A DNA stretch of 64,000 nt from Phoronis australis (Eukaryota > Animalia > Phoronida), in contig NMRA01000974.1 in assembly GCA_002633005.1 (NCBI GenBank), positions 1 to 64,000 of the forward strand. Direction: 5' to 3'. This document shows, one piece after another, positions 37,388-51,568 of this stretch (the first letter of the stretch is position 1; each line of letters begins with the position of its first letter). A model generated the notes under the pieces. It was not told where the DNA came from. It made no database searches and saw nothing but the letters and a program-made list of their open reading frames with translations. Position numbers and translations under genes: made by a program.

Positions 37388-40272
37388 CTAATAAGAGAAA
37401 TACACATTGAAATTAGTAATTTACTAAAGGGGCATGTACGCTGTTTTTTTTTTTGACAAACATTAATTTAGTCCGTATAGGAGGTTCAGCAGAGTCACAG
37501 GAGAAATCTGCGTGGCAACCTAGGGCGGGGAGAATCCTAGAGTTTGCGACTACACGGAAAGTGCAGTGGCACTGGTGATTGTGAATCGGGGTTGTATTTG
37601 CTGTCTTGACACTAGCTGGCGCCTCTGTGAAAGCAAATACTAACAGGTAAAAAGTGTTTAGTAACATCTCCACTGAGTATTTGTTAAATTTTAAGTTCAG
37701 GTCGTCAAATTGGGAATACCGAGTTGTCAAATCTCCGCTCTAAACAAACACGAAAATCAACTTTAAGTGAGTTCATTTTTGTTACAGACTATAGAAAATG
37801 TAGGTATTAACCAAATAGTTATCAATCGTATGAAATGTTGCGAAAAAGTTTGAAACCGTGTCATGAGATATTTTAGGAGTTTACCACGCCTATCCTTGCT
37901 GTGCAAGCCGGGGACGTAGGATGACTCCCTACAAGGTTTAGTCGGTTTGTGTGTATGTTGCGACTTTGGAATAGACTTATTAGCTTGGATTCCCATCGCA
38001 TTACTAGGAAATGTTTTGAATGGGACTTAAGCCATTGCGTACAAAACTGGTCAGCTGAACTAAAATGTATTTTCAAATTGTGAAATGTTAGTCGTGTTTT
38101 TTTGCATTCAAGTTCGTCTACGATATTAAAGCATCAATGAATTCTATAATTATGTTCAGCAATGGCGAGGACTGAAAATTGGGAGGAGAGTATTAGGTTA
38201 AAAACCAAATATGAGAATTTGCATGACATTTAAGGAAAATTTTGAAATTGAGGAGTATATATATATATATATATACTCTTATTTTCCTGGAGTAAGAAGG
38301 TTTTTATTTTGTCAGTTCAGATTTGATATTTTTCCACTGGAGATAGAGGTTGGAAGGTAGACTTACATTGAACGAGAAAATAGGTTATGTCGCTTATGTC
38401 ACTGTATTACGATTTACATAGAAAACTATGTGAGGCAGCAAATTGCACTCCACTTTTTCAATTTTCTGATACACATAAGCTCAGCTTTTTAATATTTAAT
38501 TTGTTCTGGGAGCTTACCGTTTTTGTTAAGAAGCATTTTTAAACGTAAGAAGTGTTTGTATACATCCATGTAATCAGTGACTTATAAGCTTGAAATGAGC
38601 TGGGTGTGTTTTTAAATTCTTGATTAATTGTTTAAATTTAAGGACGAATCAATTCAAGAAACTAACATATTACTATAATATCCATCGTTTTTGCGACTGC
38701 TTTCTACTAGCACTAACGGTAAGTTGTGAATGTCTCACTCATCTTTGAAGACTGACACTTTTCATTGCAGTTTACGATTTTAAACTTTTGTTTCCGAATA
38801 AGGCACGAGTGTTCTGAATCAATCTAAATGCGAAATGAATTCCTATCAAAAGACGCCGGTTGATCTGGGTATCAAGGATTTCAACGCAGCTAGACCCCAC
38901 GCAAAGTCGATGCAGGCCGGAGTAGAATTTCCTCAGATAGGAACATTGTATTATTCAATCATTTATTTGCTACATTCGAGTACTAGATAATGGTGGTCGG
39001 TATTGATATTGGGATAGGCAGGGATATGTGACAAGCTGGGGGAACGGGGGAGATGCTTTAGTCCGCTTTAAAGCTTAGTGTACTTGATTTAATTCCATAA
39101 GCTCTCAGAATCCTACGTAGGACGATAGCGATGATCTCGCAAATGGCAGGCTTCTGTATTGGTTGATAAAATTTGGTTGGATGTGAAATTAGTAGTCCAA
39201 CCGCCACACGGCTGCATCACCTGTGGATGCAGCAGGCACACAGCTTTAACCGATTTACTTCTTGATTGATAAAATAAAGCATACTAAACAATATAAAACT
39301 GTTACCTGAAAAGATTGGACAAAATGCAATTATTTCCCTTATTTTTTTCTAAATATGCAAATGAAAGGTCACTTGACCAGAAAGGTGTGACCATGTGGCC
39401 ATAAAGAAACATAGCTGTCAACGGATGATTTTTAACTTATGGCCAAGTAAACTACACTATAGGTAATAACGTTGAAATAAACTTAATTGTACGAGTAACA
39501 TGAAAAAGAGCAAAGTTTAATGACAGGTAAGTCTGAACATGTCGGGCTTCATTATATTTTCATTCGAAATTATTACCATCTACCGGAAGTAACTATCAGT
39601 TGACAAGTTTCCCATGCAGGGCCACCATCGCTGTCCCAGAGAGGCCAATGTCGCTGGTAGTGCATTTCCGATAATGTTCAGTCACGAGCCGGCAAGAAAT
39701 CTCCGTTTACCCCCGCACCTGTTGATTGTAGTCTTTGTGTGTTCAAATCATATAATCGTTAGGCTTAACTTACAGTTGATATTTTCGTTTCGGTAATTGG
39801 ATCCTATTTATTGGGTAACCAGACACTGTTTTTGCGCGTTTTACTGATATCTTTTATGTGTATGGCTCGCCTTTCCATGAAGTAGGTGTTGATATTGATG
39901 AAACAGATCTACACTGGAGAGAGGAAAATGAACTGTTTTACTAAAATCTTTATCAAATTATAAACGGAGAAGTGAAATTGACAACCAATTGACTATTCAT
40001 TTGATATTTACAACTTTATCTTTGTGTTGAGTTGTTTGGTAATAACAGCTATGCATTACAAGCACTAACAACTTTAGTCAGAGATATAAAGATCACTGAG
40101 TATATAATTATAAAGGCTTAAAAAGCTGGAAATTTCCGGTCACGGCATGAGGGCCCGAAAATTATGAGGTTGGTCGAAAGAAATGGCGAATGTCAGTTCT
40201 TCCTGAACCCAAGAGATCATCTCTAAATTGAGTAAGGAACAAGACAAGACCAACTTTATAACACGCTTTTGA

Positions 40273-40387
40273 CAGATAGCACGGGTTTGATGTCGCTTTA
40301 CTTGGCCTGTTTATTGTGCCACCGTATACAGATAGTACGGGTTTGATGTCGCTTTACTTGGCCTGTTTATTGTGCCACCGTATACAG
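40273..40387. repeat. 56-bp tandem duplication
   Basis: CAGATAG(C/T)ACGGGTTTGATGTCGCTTTACTTGGCCTGTTTATTGTGCCACCGTATA occurs twice. Confidence 0.9.
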
Positions 40388-43144
40388 TTGTATCGTTGGT
40401 ATTTTTATGAAATATACTTTCGTAAAAAAACAATTGCATGCGGTCTGATACACGTTGTACCAGACGTGCGCAGGCCTCGCATGTAGGTCCATTGCACTAA
40501 TCACCTGGAACTATTTTTTGCTCTATTAATATTTGGTTAAAACCGAGCTGAGGAGCTAGAAACCTAGCTCAAGGGTTTAGCAGTGTGACAAACGTAGAAA
40601 ATTGAATAAGTGGGCAACTCGTGAATACAATTCTGTGTATTTTTGACCTCTAGAAGTTTGTTTTCCGTGATTATTCATTTTTACTTTAACCTTTACGGCG
40701 ACCATTCGTTCATTTTTTGTCATAATTATACGTTTGGAGTAATTTGGAAGTCGTCTTTAACCAACCATCGGTTTGTCCCACAATGAAAGCTGATAAATGT
40801 GTAAAGGGCGTGCATGCAATATTAGACACTGATTTTTTCTGACTATTTATGCATTAACATTGACATTAAATGCCACAAATATCTTGAATGCGCTTACCAA
40901 ATGGCGGCAAATTGATCAGCATGTAGTTTCATTCACTTCAGCCGGAAACAACTATTGTTGAGGCTGTGCAGGAAGTTGTTGCTATAGAAACCACTACAAG
41001 CTATGATATTGACCGTGCAACATTCACAAATAGGTCCTTGGATATGATCAGCTTGAGTGTTTCCAATCCCATGTTTACAGAGTTAGAATAAATCAAACAA
41101 CTCTATTACCCTGATGTTGTTATAAGATGGTATAATCCTTTAAAATGATAGATCATCCAACTGTTGTTCGCTTTGGGTTGGTTGACTCTCCTCACAGTAA
41201 TTATCGCAGTATCTCATATTTCTATAAACAGCCCGCTTGTGGTATGTGCGTTTTAACAAAATGTTTTTCACGAGATGCTAACAAAATGTTAAGCTATTAA
41301 CTTCCGCGGTGAAACAACGGTGTTTTCGGCATATATAAAATTTAGAAGTATTACAAATTAGTTCCGAAAATATAACTTTACACATCCGTTCTATTTGGCG
41401 GTAAAAGTGTAGATAGGTTGTTTTTCTCTAACCAAACGGTTACACGTTCTACATATTTTAAAATCAAAGTCGAACAAATGCTGTTTAAGAACATTTCCAA
41501 AACTGCAACTTATGATATGACTTCATGGTTCGTGTATGCATTTAAATGGCCTTAGGCACAAACATATGATTGTCCTATTACAGCCTTCTTTGTGTATGAA
41601 GCACCTACTCTAATTTCAACAGCACCATCTCTTACGAGTCTAAGGGGCACTGTGAAGAATCGCATAAATTTCACCATTTTGATGACACATTAAAATATAA
41701 TAAATTCAAGCACGATTATCACTTTTTCAAAACGTGGCGCTAATTATTTTAATTACGTCATTTCATATAAAAAGTAGACAACGTTACTGCTCAAAAATCG
41801 AATTAACCTTCATTCGGTATTTTCAGTATTTTTAAACAGATCAGTGAAACGAAAATTTTGCAAACTTCAAAAATTTCCCAAGCTAGTATTCCATTAGTTT
41901 GGACATGTTCGTACAGTTGGGTTTTCCAATCTATTCCATTTAGACACCGTTTCTTCGTCCAGCCATTGATCAGATTCAAATGCCTAGTGTTTCATGGCGT
42001 CATAATGTTGCCATTGTTCTCAATAATTTCATTTGAACAAATGTAGTCAATCTTGCCAGAATTCTTATCGTAAACGGATACTTACATTTTTATCTATGAC
42101 AGATAAAGCGACGCGTCTGATCTCCCAACGGTCTGGTGCGTAGTGTGGACAGTGGATGCGCGAGACGTGAATCGTTGCCGTTTCCAAGTAAAGTCTCGCG
42201 GTTGCTGTTTGCTTTTTGGTTGTAATAAATTGTATTGGTGTATTCAGTCGGCGGTATCACTTCTTTAATGATTGGTAAATTCACCCTGACTGTGTTTGCT
42301 TGTTTAACCCTCTCTGAAAACACAAACGCCGTTGTCGTCAGATCAGTACACGAGAGAGGCAGTCACTTACTATTGACTCTCAGTTAGTTTTGTCAAACAC
42401 AATCGCTCGGTGATTTTCTATGTAAACCACTCTATTAGAAGCTTTCCGTTATGAATGATCCCTAGTAGCAAATATTTGCCCACCGTGTGGTTCGTCAAAT
42501 GTTTGTTAGTTCAGACAGGCTTAATTTTCACTCATATAGTTAATTTGACTTAAAATCATTATCAGGTTTATCGAAGAAGTCATACCAGCCGCCGTCGTGG
42601 TCATGTTTGGTTCAGCTAGTTGTAACATAAATATACACGGACGATGCCAACGCATAAAAAGATACCTGTGTACGAGACCTAATCGCGTGTGAATAATCTT
42701 CAGAATAGACAACTCGCTATGGTTGCTAAGGACGCCTGGTCTCAATGGCTTTTATGATCGTCACCTCGGGTGCACTTCATTTAAACGACGTGCAGCTTAA
42801 TTATATTATTGATAAATATGGAAAGAGCCTCTGTTATTTGGAATGCCACAGGGATGTCGTGTATCTTCTGTCTGAAAACCATTGTAGAACTAGTGTCTAC
42901 TATGTAAATAGACCACATTATACAATATCGTTCCAATAGTTTAACCTACCTGTTTATGTAAATATGGGATGCCATAGTAAAAATATACGCATACTTATTA
43001 ATTTAAATATTTTAAAACCCACTTTATTTGAGGGTCGTAAGTCCGGCCGTGTCAAAGGAACGTTATTGCAAACTCAATGCAGCGTATTTTGGAAGAGTGA
43101 CTACGTTGCAACTTATGTTAAGTTGATAATTTCTAATGGTTACA

Positions 43145-43397
43145 CATGCGTGCACCCAGCTTAAAAATGGGGGGGCTCGAATTTCTGAGAATTTGGACCT
43201 TTTACTAAAAACACGGGGTACCTTTAGAGCTATGAATTGTGCACTCGCCGAATTTTGGTAGTTTCTTTCTTCTTAGTGGGCTTCTGTCTTTTGTCTAGTT
43301 TTCTGCTTTTTTCGGAGTTTTTGCTTCTCTGAGGCAGACCTTTTTACCCACTTCGCCAAATGGGGGGCTCGTTCAAGGACCTCTGGGTGCGCGCGCG
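43145..43397. mobile_element. ~255-bp GC-ended MITE, copy 1
   Basis: CATGCGTGCACCCAG...CTGGGTGCGCGC TIRs. Homologous to 48583 and 57760. Confidence 0.8.
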
Positions 43398-44029
43398 TTG
43401 TACTTAATGATCATCTTCACGAACAGAGTTACCGAACTGTGCGCAAATTAAAATCGAAATTGCCGCAGTCTTACCTAAGACCGGACTTACGACCTTCAAC
43501 AAATGGGTGCCTGGACTTCTTCTTTTTGTATAGCAGTTGGGTGCTTTTAAAAAGACTCCCGATACTAATAACCTGTTGCAGAGTTGATGTGAGCACAATA
43601 GCCCGGTAGCGTCTTTAGGAATCCTAACGCGTACGGTTATCATCTTAGTAAGTACGCCGGATTGACATCTTGTTGTCAGTCAAGGCACTTGAATTGAATC
43701 TCACGGTAAAAATATACTTTCCTGGGCGACAAGAAACTGTAGTTAAGGTATTGTTTTGCTTTATTGTGAACTGCATCACTCTGTTTGAGTATAATATTCT
43801 TGATAATTCTATGGAATGCGTATTATTGTAAAACTATTCTAGTATTCTCTTGTTTTTAGGAAACGTTAAAAAAGGCGAGAGTTCCCAAATTTGTTCACAG
43901 AAACGCTATTAATGATGAATTTTCGTCATACAACGTAATTTTCTCACATGGATACAAATTTGAATGGTGATCTCAATATGAATTATAATTTACTTACAAC
44001 TCTTTCTTGCTTGTTTAAATAAGTTCAGT

Positions 44030-45830
44030 ACAGTAAGAAAAGTAAGATTCAAAAACATAAGCACAAAAATATTCTTTGGATTTCCCAAGGTATTTAAACT
44101 CTCTTTGATTTAGAGACAGGCTTTATAAACGACTCAAGTCAATCCCCCAAAGTGCTAGTAATTTTGTTTCGTTAAAAACAAACCTACAAACCTATAAATT
44201 ATTCTAAAAGAAGTTATGAAAAGTGCTACAAGACTTTATTATCACTGTCAGTTTCGGGCCCATGTTGGTTCTCCTAAGAACACTTGGAGAGAAATTACTA
44301 ATTTATTGAATAGAAATGTCTAATAATCCAACCAAATTGAAGATAAATGATGAAATGGTTTGTGACGAGGGTGATATTGTAAATCATTTTAATAATTATT
44401 TTAGTAATATTGCCTCACACTCTGTACCTACTCATTCTTCAAATTTGTCACATATGTCTTTTTAGACTGTGAATCCGCTGCTAGATTTGACTTTGAACCA
44501 ATTTCCCCGATTGATATTAGAAAAGTGATTAATTCTTTTCCTGCTAAACCTACTTGTGGTCATGATGGCATATCCCTGAAAATAATAAAATGTCTAAGTA
44601 ATCCATTGACTGAACCATTGTGTGTTGTGTTTAACCAGTCCATTTCCAACCAAATTTTTCCAGACAACATGAAAATTGCTAATGTTATTCCTGTATTTAA
44701 ACAGGGGACCCGTTGTTTTTAGATAATTACAGGCCTATCCCTCTTCTTCCTTGAAAAACTTATTTATAATCAACTTTACGATTATTTTCAATCTAATGGC
44801 TTGTTACATCCAGTATGGTTTTCGTGGGAGCACTCTACAGAACTGGCTTTAGTTGAAATTATGGATGTAAGTGTCAAGGCTATGGTAAATAATAAATTTC
44901 CTATGGCTATTCTAATTGATCTTCCCAAAGCCTTTGACTCTTTAATTCATTCAATTTTACTCGACAAACTTCTATATTATGGTTGCAACCCCTAGTCTTT
45001 AAATTTTTTGAGAAACTATCTCTTTAATCGGGCTCAGTATGTTCAGATTAATAACACAGTTCCAATTTTGAGGGTTGTCCCACAGGGTCTATACTAGGTC
45101 CGTTATTATTCATCATTTATATGAATAATTTAGGGAAGTGCACGAGTTTCTTTGACTACATACTTTATGCTGATGATACTACTATCATTAATTGTATTCA
45201 CAGCACGTTGTCTGTTAATGAGTCACATACTTTTTATGAGGCGCTGGAGAAAATTCAGTATTGGTTAAATGTAAATGGATGGGTTTTAAATGCAACTAAA
45301 ACAAAATTCATGTTTTTTCATAAACCGCCAAAATGCCTATTATACGTTATTTACCTGTATTCATTTTATTGTATTTGTATTAGTCATAATAAATGACCTT
45401 ATATCGCCTACCTCGGTCTCCTTTTCATCTTTGGTAACGAGCTTGCGACGCACTTATCATTTATCTATTATTCGGGGCATATATCGACCATAAAAGCAGA
45501 TTCTGTGGTGTTCTTAATAACATTTAACATTTCTTGCCTTTAAAACTTTGAAAACTGCATATAATGGTATTTGTCCTTCCTCATTTTAATTATGGCATTC
45601 TGCTATGGGGGTGTCAACATCATAGAATATTCAAATTACAGAATTTTTGAAAAAGGTTATTCGCACTATTACCTCTAGTTATTTTAATACCCATACAGAT
45701 CCTTTATTTAGGACTACACAGGTACTCAAAATAAAAGACTTGTATGTTGTTGCTATTATCAAATTTTTCTACAAATATGTTCATAATTACTTACCTTCAT
45801 TTTTTAACACGTTCAATATAATAACCCGTG
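44030..45830 (+). pseudogene. Decayed non-LTR retrotransposon (CR1/L2-like) reverse transcriptase
   Basis: GHDGIS, FPDNMKIANVIPVFK, DNYRPI, HSTELAL, IDLPKAFDSLIHSILLDKL, VPQGSILGPLLF, YADDT and LNATKTKFM, with many stops and frameshifts. Confidence 0.9.
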
Positions 45831-45927
45831 GGTCTGGTGGCTCTGTGGTCAGCGGACTCGGGTCCTTCACAGAGCCTCCATAAGGGTTAATTTGTATTTA
45901 TTGTATTTTTTGTCTTAACGTGAAGAA

Positions 45928-46003
45928 CTACTACCACTACCACTACCACTACCACTACCACTACCACTACCACTACCACTACCACTACTACTACTACTAC
46001 TAG
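45928..46003. repeat. (CTACCA)n/(CTA)n microsatellite
   Basis: Seen directly. It resumes after the MITE at 46429. Confidence 0.9.
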
Positions 46004-46004
46004 T

Positions 46005-46428
46005 ACTACACGGTCAACGGACTCATAAACACGACTCACGGACCTGCAAACACCGTCCACTGACTCACAAACGCGGGAACGGACTCACAAAATACGATCC
46101 ACGCACCCAAATACACGGGACACGGACTCATATTCACGAGGAAACACGGTTAATGGACAGCCAAACACTACACGGTTTACGGACAAAAATGAAGATGTCA
46201 GCTGACCCAGGAAGCCGATGAGTCCGTGACCCGTGTTTGGCGGTCAGTTAACCGTGTTTCCTCGTGAATATGAGTCCGTGTCCCGTGTATTTGGGTGCGT
46301 GGATCGTGTTTCATGAGTCCGCTCCCGTGTTTGTGAGTCAGTGGACGGTGTTTGCAGGTCTGTGAGTCGTGTTCATGCGTCCGTGCCCGTGTTTATGAGT
46401 CCGTTGACCGTGTAGTTGAGGTACCTTG
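46005..46428. mobile_element. Second, inverted copy of the palindromic MITE, with the left terminus lost
   Basis: Near-identical to 2226-2655 and ends GGTACCTTG. The spacer AAAATGAAGATGTCAGCTGACCCAG is the reverse complement of the copy-1 spacer. Confidence 0.9.
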
Positions 46429-47734
46429 TACTACTACTATTATAGAAAATTAATAAATATAATGGCGTGTTATTATCATCAAGCCTGGCAGTATCGTGTA
46501 CTTAGAACCTCGGCCCGCCCTTGTCCAATTTAAATGTTTCAAGTTATTCGCATACTGGGGCTTGGGCATACGCTTCATCTACAAGTTGGCCGACATCTAT
46601 CCTTTGTAGATGCACTTGCACAGTTGTCTTTTTGTCCTTCTCATTTCATTTGTTCAGAATACATTCGTCCAACAGTAACCGGTTTTAATTAAATAAGTCA
46701 AATTGTAAAAGCACAGTCATATTTTCAGAAGGTAGAGGTCCTGTAGACTTTGATTTTTAGTTTGGTACTAATCTGTCATCAAGCGGTTCACTTCACCAAG
46801 TGCTCTTAGTAACATCTAAAAAAACATTAAAGCAATGACAACGCATTTGTTATAAATATTCAAACTGAAATCCCCAACACGTTGCTACATTTTTTCTAAT
46901 ATAAATTGTTTTTTATGCAACTATTGTTTTTTTTCATAAAAAACCCTATATTTGATAGTACCTCACGCAAAAAGGAACATTTTAGAAACAACTCCAACAG
47001 CATTTTGGAGAACAATGCATAAAGCACAGTACCTGAAAGTTTCAGCCATTTATGAAATTTGGACATTTTCTAAGGTACTATGAATTTCTATAACCAGCTT
47101 GTATAATTCTAATGGTTTTTTTTTTGAAAAGCAAGTGCTTCCCAGTGACAAAAATGAAAGATTTGAAAATGTGATATCAAGTCAACTGGCGACGTTGTCA
47201 GTTCGGTAATACATTTCTGTTTATATCTTCATTTATTTTAAATACAATTTTAAAGTGTTTGGAATGGCAGTTCCGACCTTTACTACTAGGTGACACACAT
47301 CAGTCACGAAATTTGCCTAAATTCGCAGTTGAACGTGAAAAATAAAAGAATTGTGTATCCTGACTTAGTGCAACATACCGAAATATTACTTGCACTGTCA
47401 CTCATTATAAACATCTAATTTCATTGTTTTTAAAGCTACACCTTGATTTGCTGGCTGAAAAACGAAGATCAAACCACTAAGCATTTACTCTCATAAAATT
47501 GGTCCCATAATATTCCTTGCCTCGATAGGATTATAGTTGCGTAACTAACTCACGTGCCATTTTCGAATACGCAGTTTTAAGGTTGGTTAACAAAAATGAT
47601 TTTTTAAGAGTTTTATTTAGTCACGGCTCTGATGGTTTCGATGTTCTTGTTGGTAAGGGAAAAGGAGTATGATGGTAGGAAATATTACAAGACTGGTTTT
47701 TTGAAAGCAAAAGACCCCATCGAAGTAAACAAAA

Positions 47735-47823
47735 TCAAGGTAACCCCGAACCAGTGGCTCAAACCCAAACCAATGACTGCTGTGGTTACATCAACCAATG
47801 CGAAAGCGCGTGCCACTGGCTAG
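47735..47823 (-). mobile_element. tRNA-like SINE head, with a related fragment at 63138-63190 (+)
   Basis: On the minus strand, TAGCCAGTGG (A-box-like) and GGTTTGAGCC (B-box-like). GCATTGGTTGATGTAACC.CAG.AGTCATTGGTT is shared by both sites. Confidence 0.45.
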
Positions 47824-48582
47824 GCACGTAAGGAAACAGGGAGAGGGTAAGGGTACACGCTATCGGAAATTCTCACACGTGCAAGCGGGTATACCGTTGT
47901 TGAATTGATGGCGCTTTAAAAATTATTGTCTCATCAGAGACCAGTGGCACTCAGGTTTCATGGAACAGTCCCAAATAGGGACTCAACTAAGGTTCCTAAG
48001 TCTTTTAGCTATTTGTGTCTTTATGGACTCACAGATGAAATATGTTTCTATCATTTCATCTTTATTATGAGTTCCTCTTCGATTAATGACATTTTCTAAT
48101 ATCATAACTAAAAATTGAACCCAGAGTTCATCGAAAATAATTAGTGACTCAGTCTTTAAATTGCATGAAAACATCCCGAATTATTTTCGACAATATTGAG
48201 TATTCAACGTGGAGTTCACTCTCGATATGTATCAAAATCAAAAGTTGACTTAATAATGAAACTAAAACAATAAGAAAGGGCAATCGATGCTTTCAAGTCC
48301 AAAAATACGCCTTAGGTTTCAGGGAACTTGTTTGATCCCCTATTAGGGACTGTTTTACGCAAACGGGCACTGTCGCCTTTGGTCTCATGCAGCCACAGAC
48401 CGCGCGCGCGCGCGCTTCAGCAACATATCGTTTCAGGCGAATCACTTTCAAATCATTTGAAGTCCGTTTCTGAAGCTCAACGAGATTAACTGTGGTACCC
48501 GCTGTAGATTCTACAGTGACTTCTACCACGGGCACCAGCGAAATCGAAAGTAAAAATATAATTGCAGGCGGTCTGGTACACG

Positions 48583-48837
48583 CATGCGCGCACCCAGCCT
48601 AAAGTATAGGGGGGCTCGAATTTTTCGGTGTGCGGACCTTATAGTGAAAGAGGACTAAAAAGGGGGGGCAATAGGTTCAGGACCGAATTGCGCATGCGCG
48701 CCGACTTCCCGTGGGATTTTATGGACTTTTGTCTCATTTACTCGGACTTTTTGTTTCACTGAGGCGGACCTTTTTGCCCAATTCCCCAAATTGGGGGGCT
48801 CTTTTGAGCCTCCGAGCCCCCCCTGGGTGCGCCCATG
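48583..48837. mobile_element. ~255-bp GC-ended MITE, copy 2, with a 5-bp TSD (ACACG)
   Basis: CATGCGCGCACCCAG...CTGGGTGCGCCCATG flanked by ACACG. A paralogous empty site lies at 40438-40530. Confidence 0.88.
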
Positions 48838-49538
48838 ACACGTTGTATCAAACGTGCGCAGGCCGCGCATTTAGGCTCTGATCACTTGTGGCCACTTTTG
48901 TTCTTTATTAAAATATACTCGCAAGTAACCAAACTCGTCGATTCAAACCCCGGCCACGCTATATATCCAATAGGCCCTTTCTAGTCCGTTATTCGCTGAC
49001 TTGTTTGCATGGAAATGAAATAACCGTGTTATCGTTTGATAACTGATTATTTAACGGTTAGTGAGAAACAACCACATACGTATAGGAATACTACTGCGAT
49101 ATTGTATCTCGAATTCATTTAATCTTCGATCTGGTTGGGACAGTCTTTTCCCACAGGCCTCCATTGACTCGCCCTTAGCTGATTGAACACTTACGAGTGC
49201 ACGCACTGGCTGAAAGTGACGGGTCATCATGATGGCCTGTCATAACTCAAGGAGTCTTCAATTGCTCCAAAAAACTAAGGCTAACAATAGCAACACACAA
49301 GAGGCATTTATTATCTTTCACAATTAACATGTTAAAACTGGACCTCTGTAGAGATCCTACGAATCCAAGTGGTTTTTAAAATAATCATATTATTGGTTAT
49401 ACTACCGATTGTTTGAAAACATTTTTCTCGACTTCAGAAATAGCAGCCTAGTGTAAGTCTGTGTCACTAGGTATCTAACTTCACCGTGTGGTCATCGTCA
49501 GGGTTCAAAAATTCTTTCCCACTTGTGTCCGTTATATT

Positions 49539-49705
49539 TGTACATTGGGCCAAGGCGGAGTTGGGTACCTGTAAATATACAGATTGTACATTAGGTCAGG
49601 CGGAATCGAGGACCTGTGAACATACAAAGTGTATATTGGGCCAAGGCAGAATTGGGGACTTGCGAACATAAAATTTTTACATTCGTGGGCAAGGCGGAGC
49701 TTGAA
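49539..49705. repeat. Degenerate ~46-bp tandem repeat, 4 copies
   Basis: TGTACATTGGGCCAAGGCGGA core recurs. Confidence 0.7.
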
Positions 49706-50004
49706 CTGGTCTTACAGTTCTATCGTGGCATATTTCTATGATTGAAGCTAGCGCAAATAGACCATCAGGTGATTCTTGTTCCACCTACGTACTTTTCGCA
49801 ATAACAGTAAACGCAAAGCATCAGCAAATTTCCTCGAAAAGAAAAAAACAGTTAAAAAATCTGCCAAATGGTAGCCTACATAAGTAGGTACGGCCTTCTG
49901 TCTGTACAGCAATGAGCCAAATACTCCGAGGACCATCAGTCAAGAGTTCGCACCACAAATGTATCGTAAATAACTGGCGTAACCGAAACCCGTACAGGCT
50001 GATA

Positions 50005-50496
50005 CTACCCACAACCCCCTCGACCTACGGCCCCATCGTCCCATGACCCCCTTGAAATCGGCAGTCTACACAAGCTCGACTCGATCTGAACGTAGAACAA
50101 GCGCTGACTTGCAAGACCAATCCATGGGCGGTGCAGCACTGAAATAAGTCATGGGCGGGGCATCATAGGGGGCTGGGGGCTATAGCCCCCCACTTTTTTC
50201 AGTGCTACGCCGCACATTGTCTTTAGACGGTGCATCACAGGGGGGCTGAGGGGGCTTCAGCCCCCACATTTTTTAGTTCTGCGCCACCCATGTAACTGGG
50301 GTCTATAGCCCCACCCAGTCCCCTAGGGTGGGCCGACCATGCAACGAGTCTGGCCGTGAGCTTGTCTGGCTTTTCCCTGCTTTTTCGCGTATAGGTACTC
50401 TGAAAGTCTTAGGTCACTCAGCATAGTAATGTGTAAAATTAAAAAGCGCAGATACATCTAGTGCAGTAGGTCGTGGGTCGAGGGGGTTATGGGTAT
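50005..50496. mobile_element. TIR element with a nested GC-rich MITE (50123-50292, CATGGG...CCCATG)
   Basis: TACCCACAACCCCCTCGACCTACG is inverted with CGTGGGTCGAGGGGGTTATGGGTA. Internal GGGGCT(ATA/TCA)GCCCC hairpins. Confidence 0.6.
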
Positions 50497-50539
50497 AGGG
50501 GTTTTAGAGCTTACTACACTGTAACTAATTGAGGTAAGA

Positions 50540-51495
50540 AGAGCATTTGGTAGTTAGTACATTAAGTAATTACAAATGAAGACAGGCATTCAACTTTATG
50601 AACAAATGAAACAACGATCTACAATTTTAATTATATTCGTCTATAGTGTTTTTGCAACAAGGAGTGAATGCTTGAAGGCTAGGAGTAGATATTTTATCAA
50701 TGATAATGGGAGGTATTAAGAAGTAGTTTACTAAGCAGGGAATGTGATACTTGAGGCATGTTTGAGAACTGAATTTCGTAAATAACGGTGGAGTCAATAT
50801 CGGGCGGTAATTAGCGTATTGTGAAACAAAAATTTACATTTCGAAGAAAATGCTGCGTTTATAGCGATATTTCTTCAACGATATTTTTGCAGGAAGTTAG
50901 AGTCACAACAATATTGTGGAAGTTAATTATTCATAAATTTGTGATAAAAGTTAAATGTATCATCAAGTTCGAAGATAGGGTTTGCACTGGTGATAAAGGG
51001 TGACTTAGAAAAATGTAGACACTAGTTTACTTTTGCAAACTTCTTAAACGATTACGACATTTACGAATGATAAATGTGATAACATTAAATAATTGTAAAC
51101 GAGAAGTAACGCGTGAGTTGAAATATAATGTTTCAAAATAGATAAACATGCCGCTTGTTTTTCATATTTTATTGGAAATTTCAGTTGTCCAGGAAAATGT
51201 CCTATCGAAATAAATAACCAAAAACTTAAAATTATCAACCACTTTACATCATTAATTTTTAGCTGGTGTATTTCATTTATGCCTTCCTAGCGATAATGAA
51301 ATGCATATATTTAGTTTTTGTTGTGTTAAAATAGAGTTTGTTTACAGTCAGTCAGCTAGACATTTGGCAATTTGTTATTCATGGAGTCAATCTGGAGCTC
51401 AAAGTTCCTATTTTTGTTTATATGTAAGGGGCAGTAAAATGTATGTGTCGTCCGCATACATTAAGAAATTTCCATCAAATGAGGATGTCGTGTCA
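50540..51495 (-). pseudogene. 5'-truncated decayed LINE RT fragment
   Basis: The minus strand reads FLMYADDTYI at ~51440-51470, followed by degenerate AT-rich RT C-terminal sequence. Confidence 0.6.
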
Positions 51496-51568
51496 TAAAA
51501 TCACCACTGACATGTCTGTTTATCCCACAGCTCATGGCGGACACCCTATCTTTTACCACTTGGTAGCA

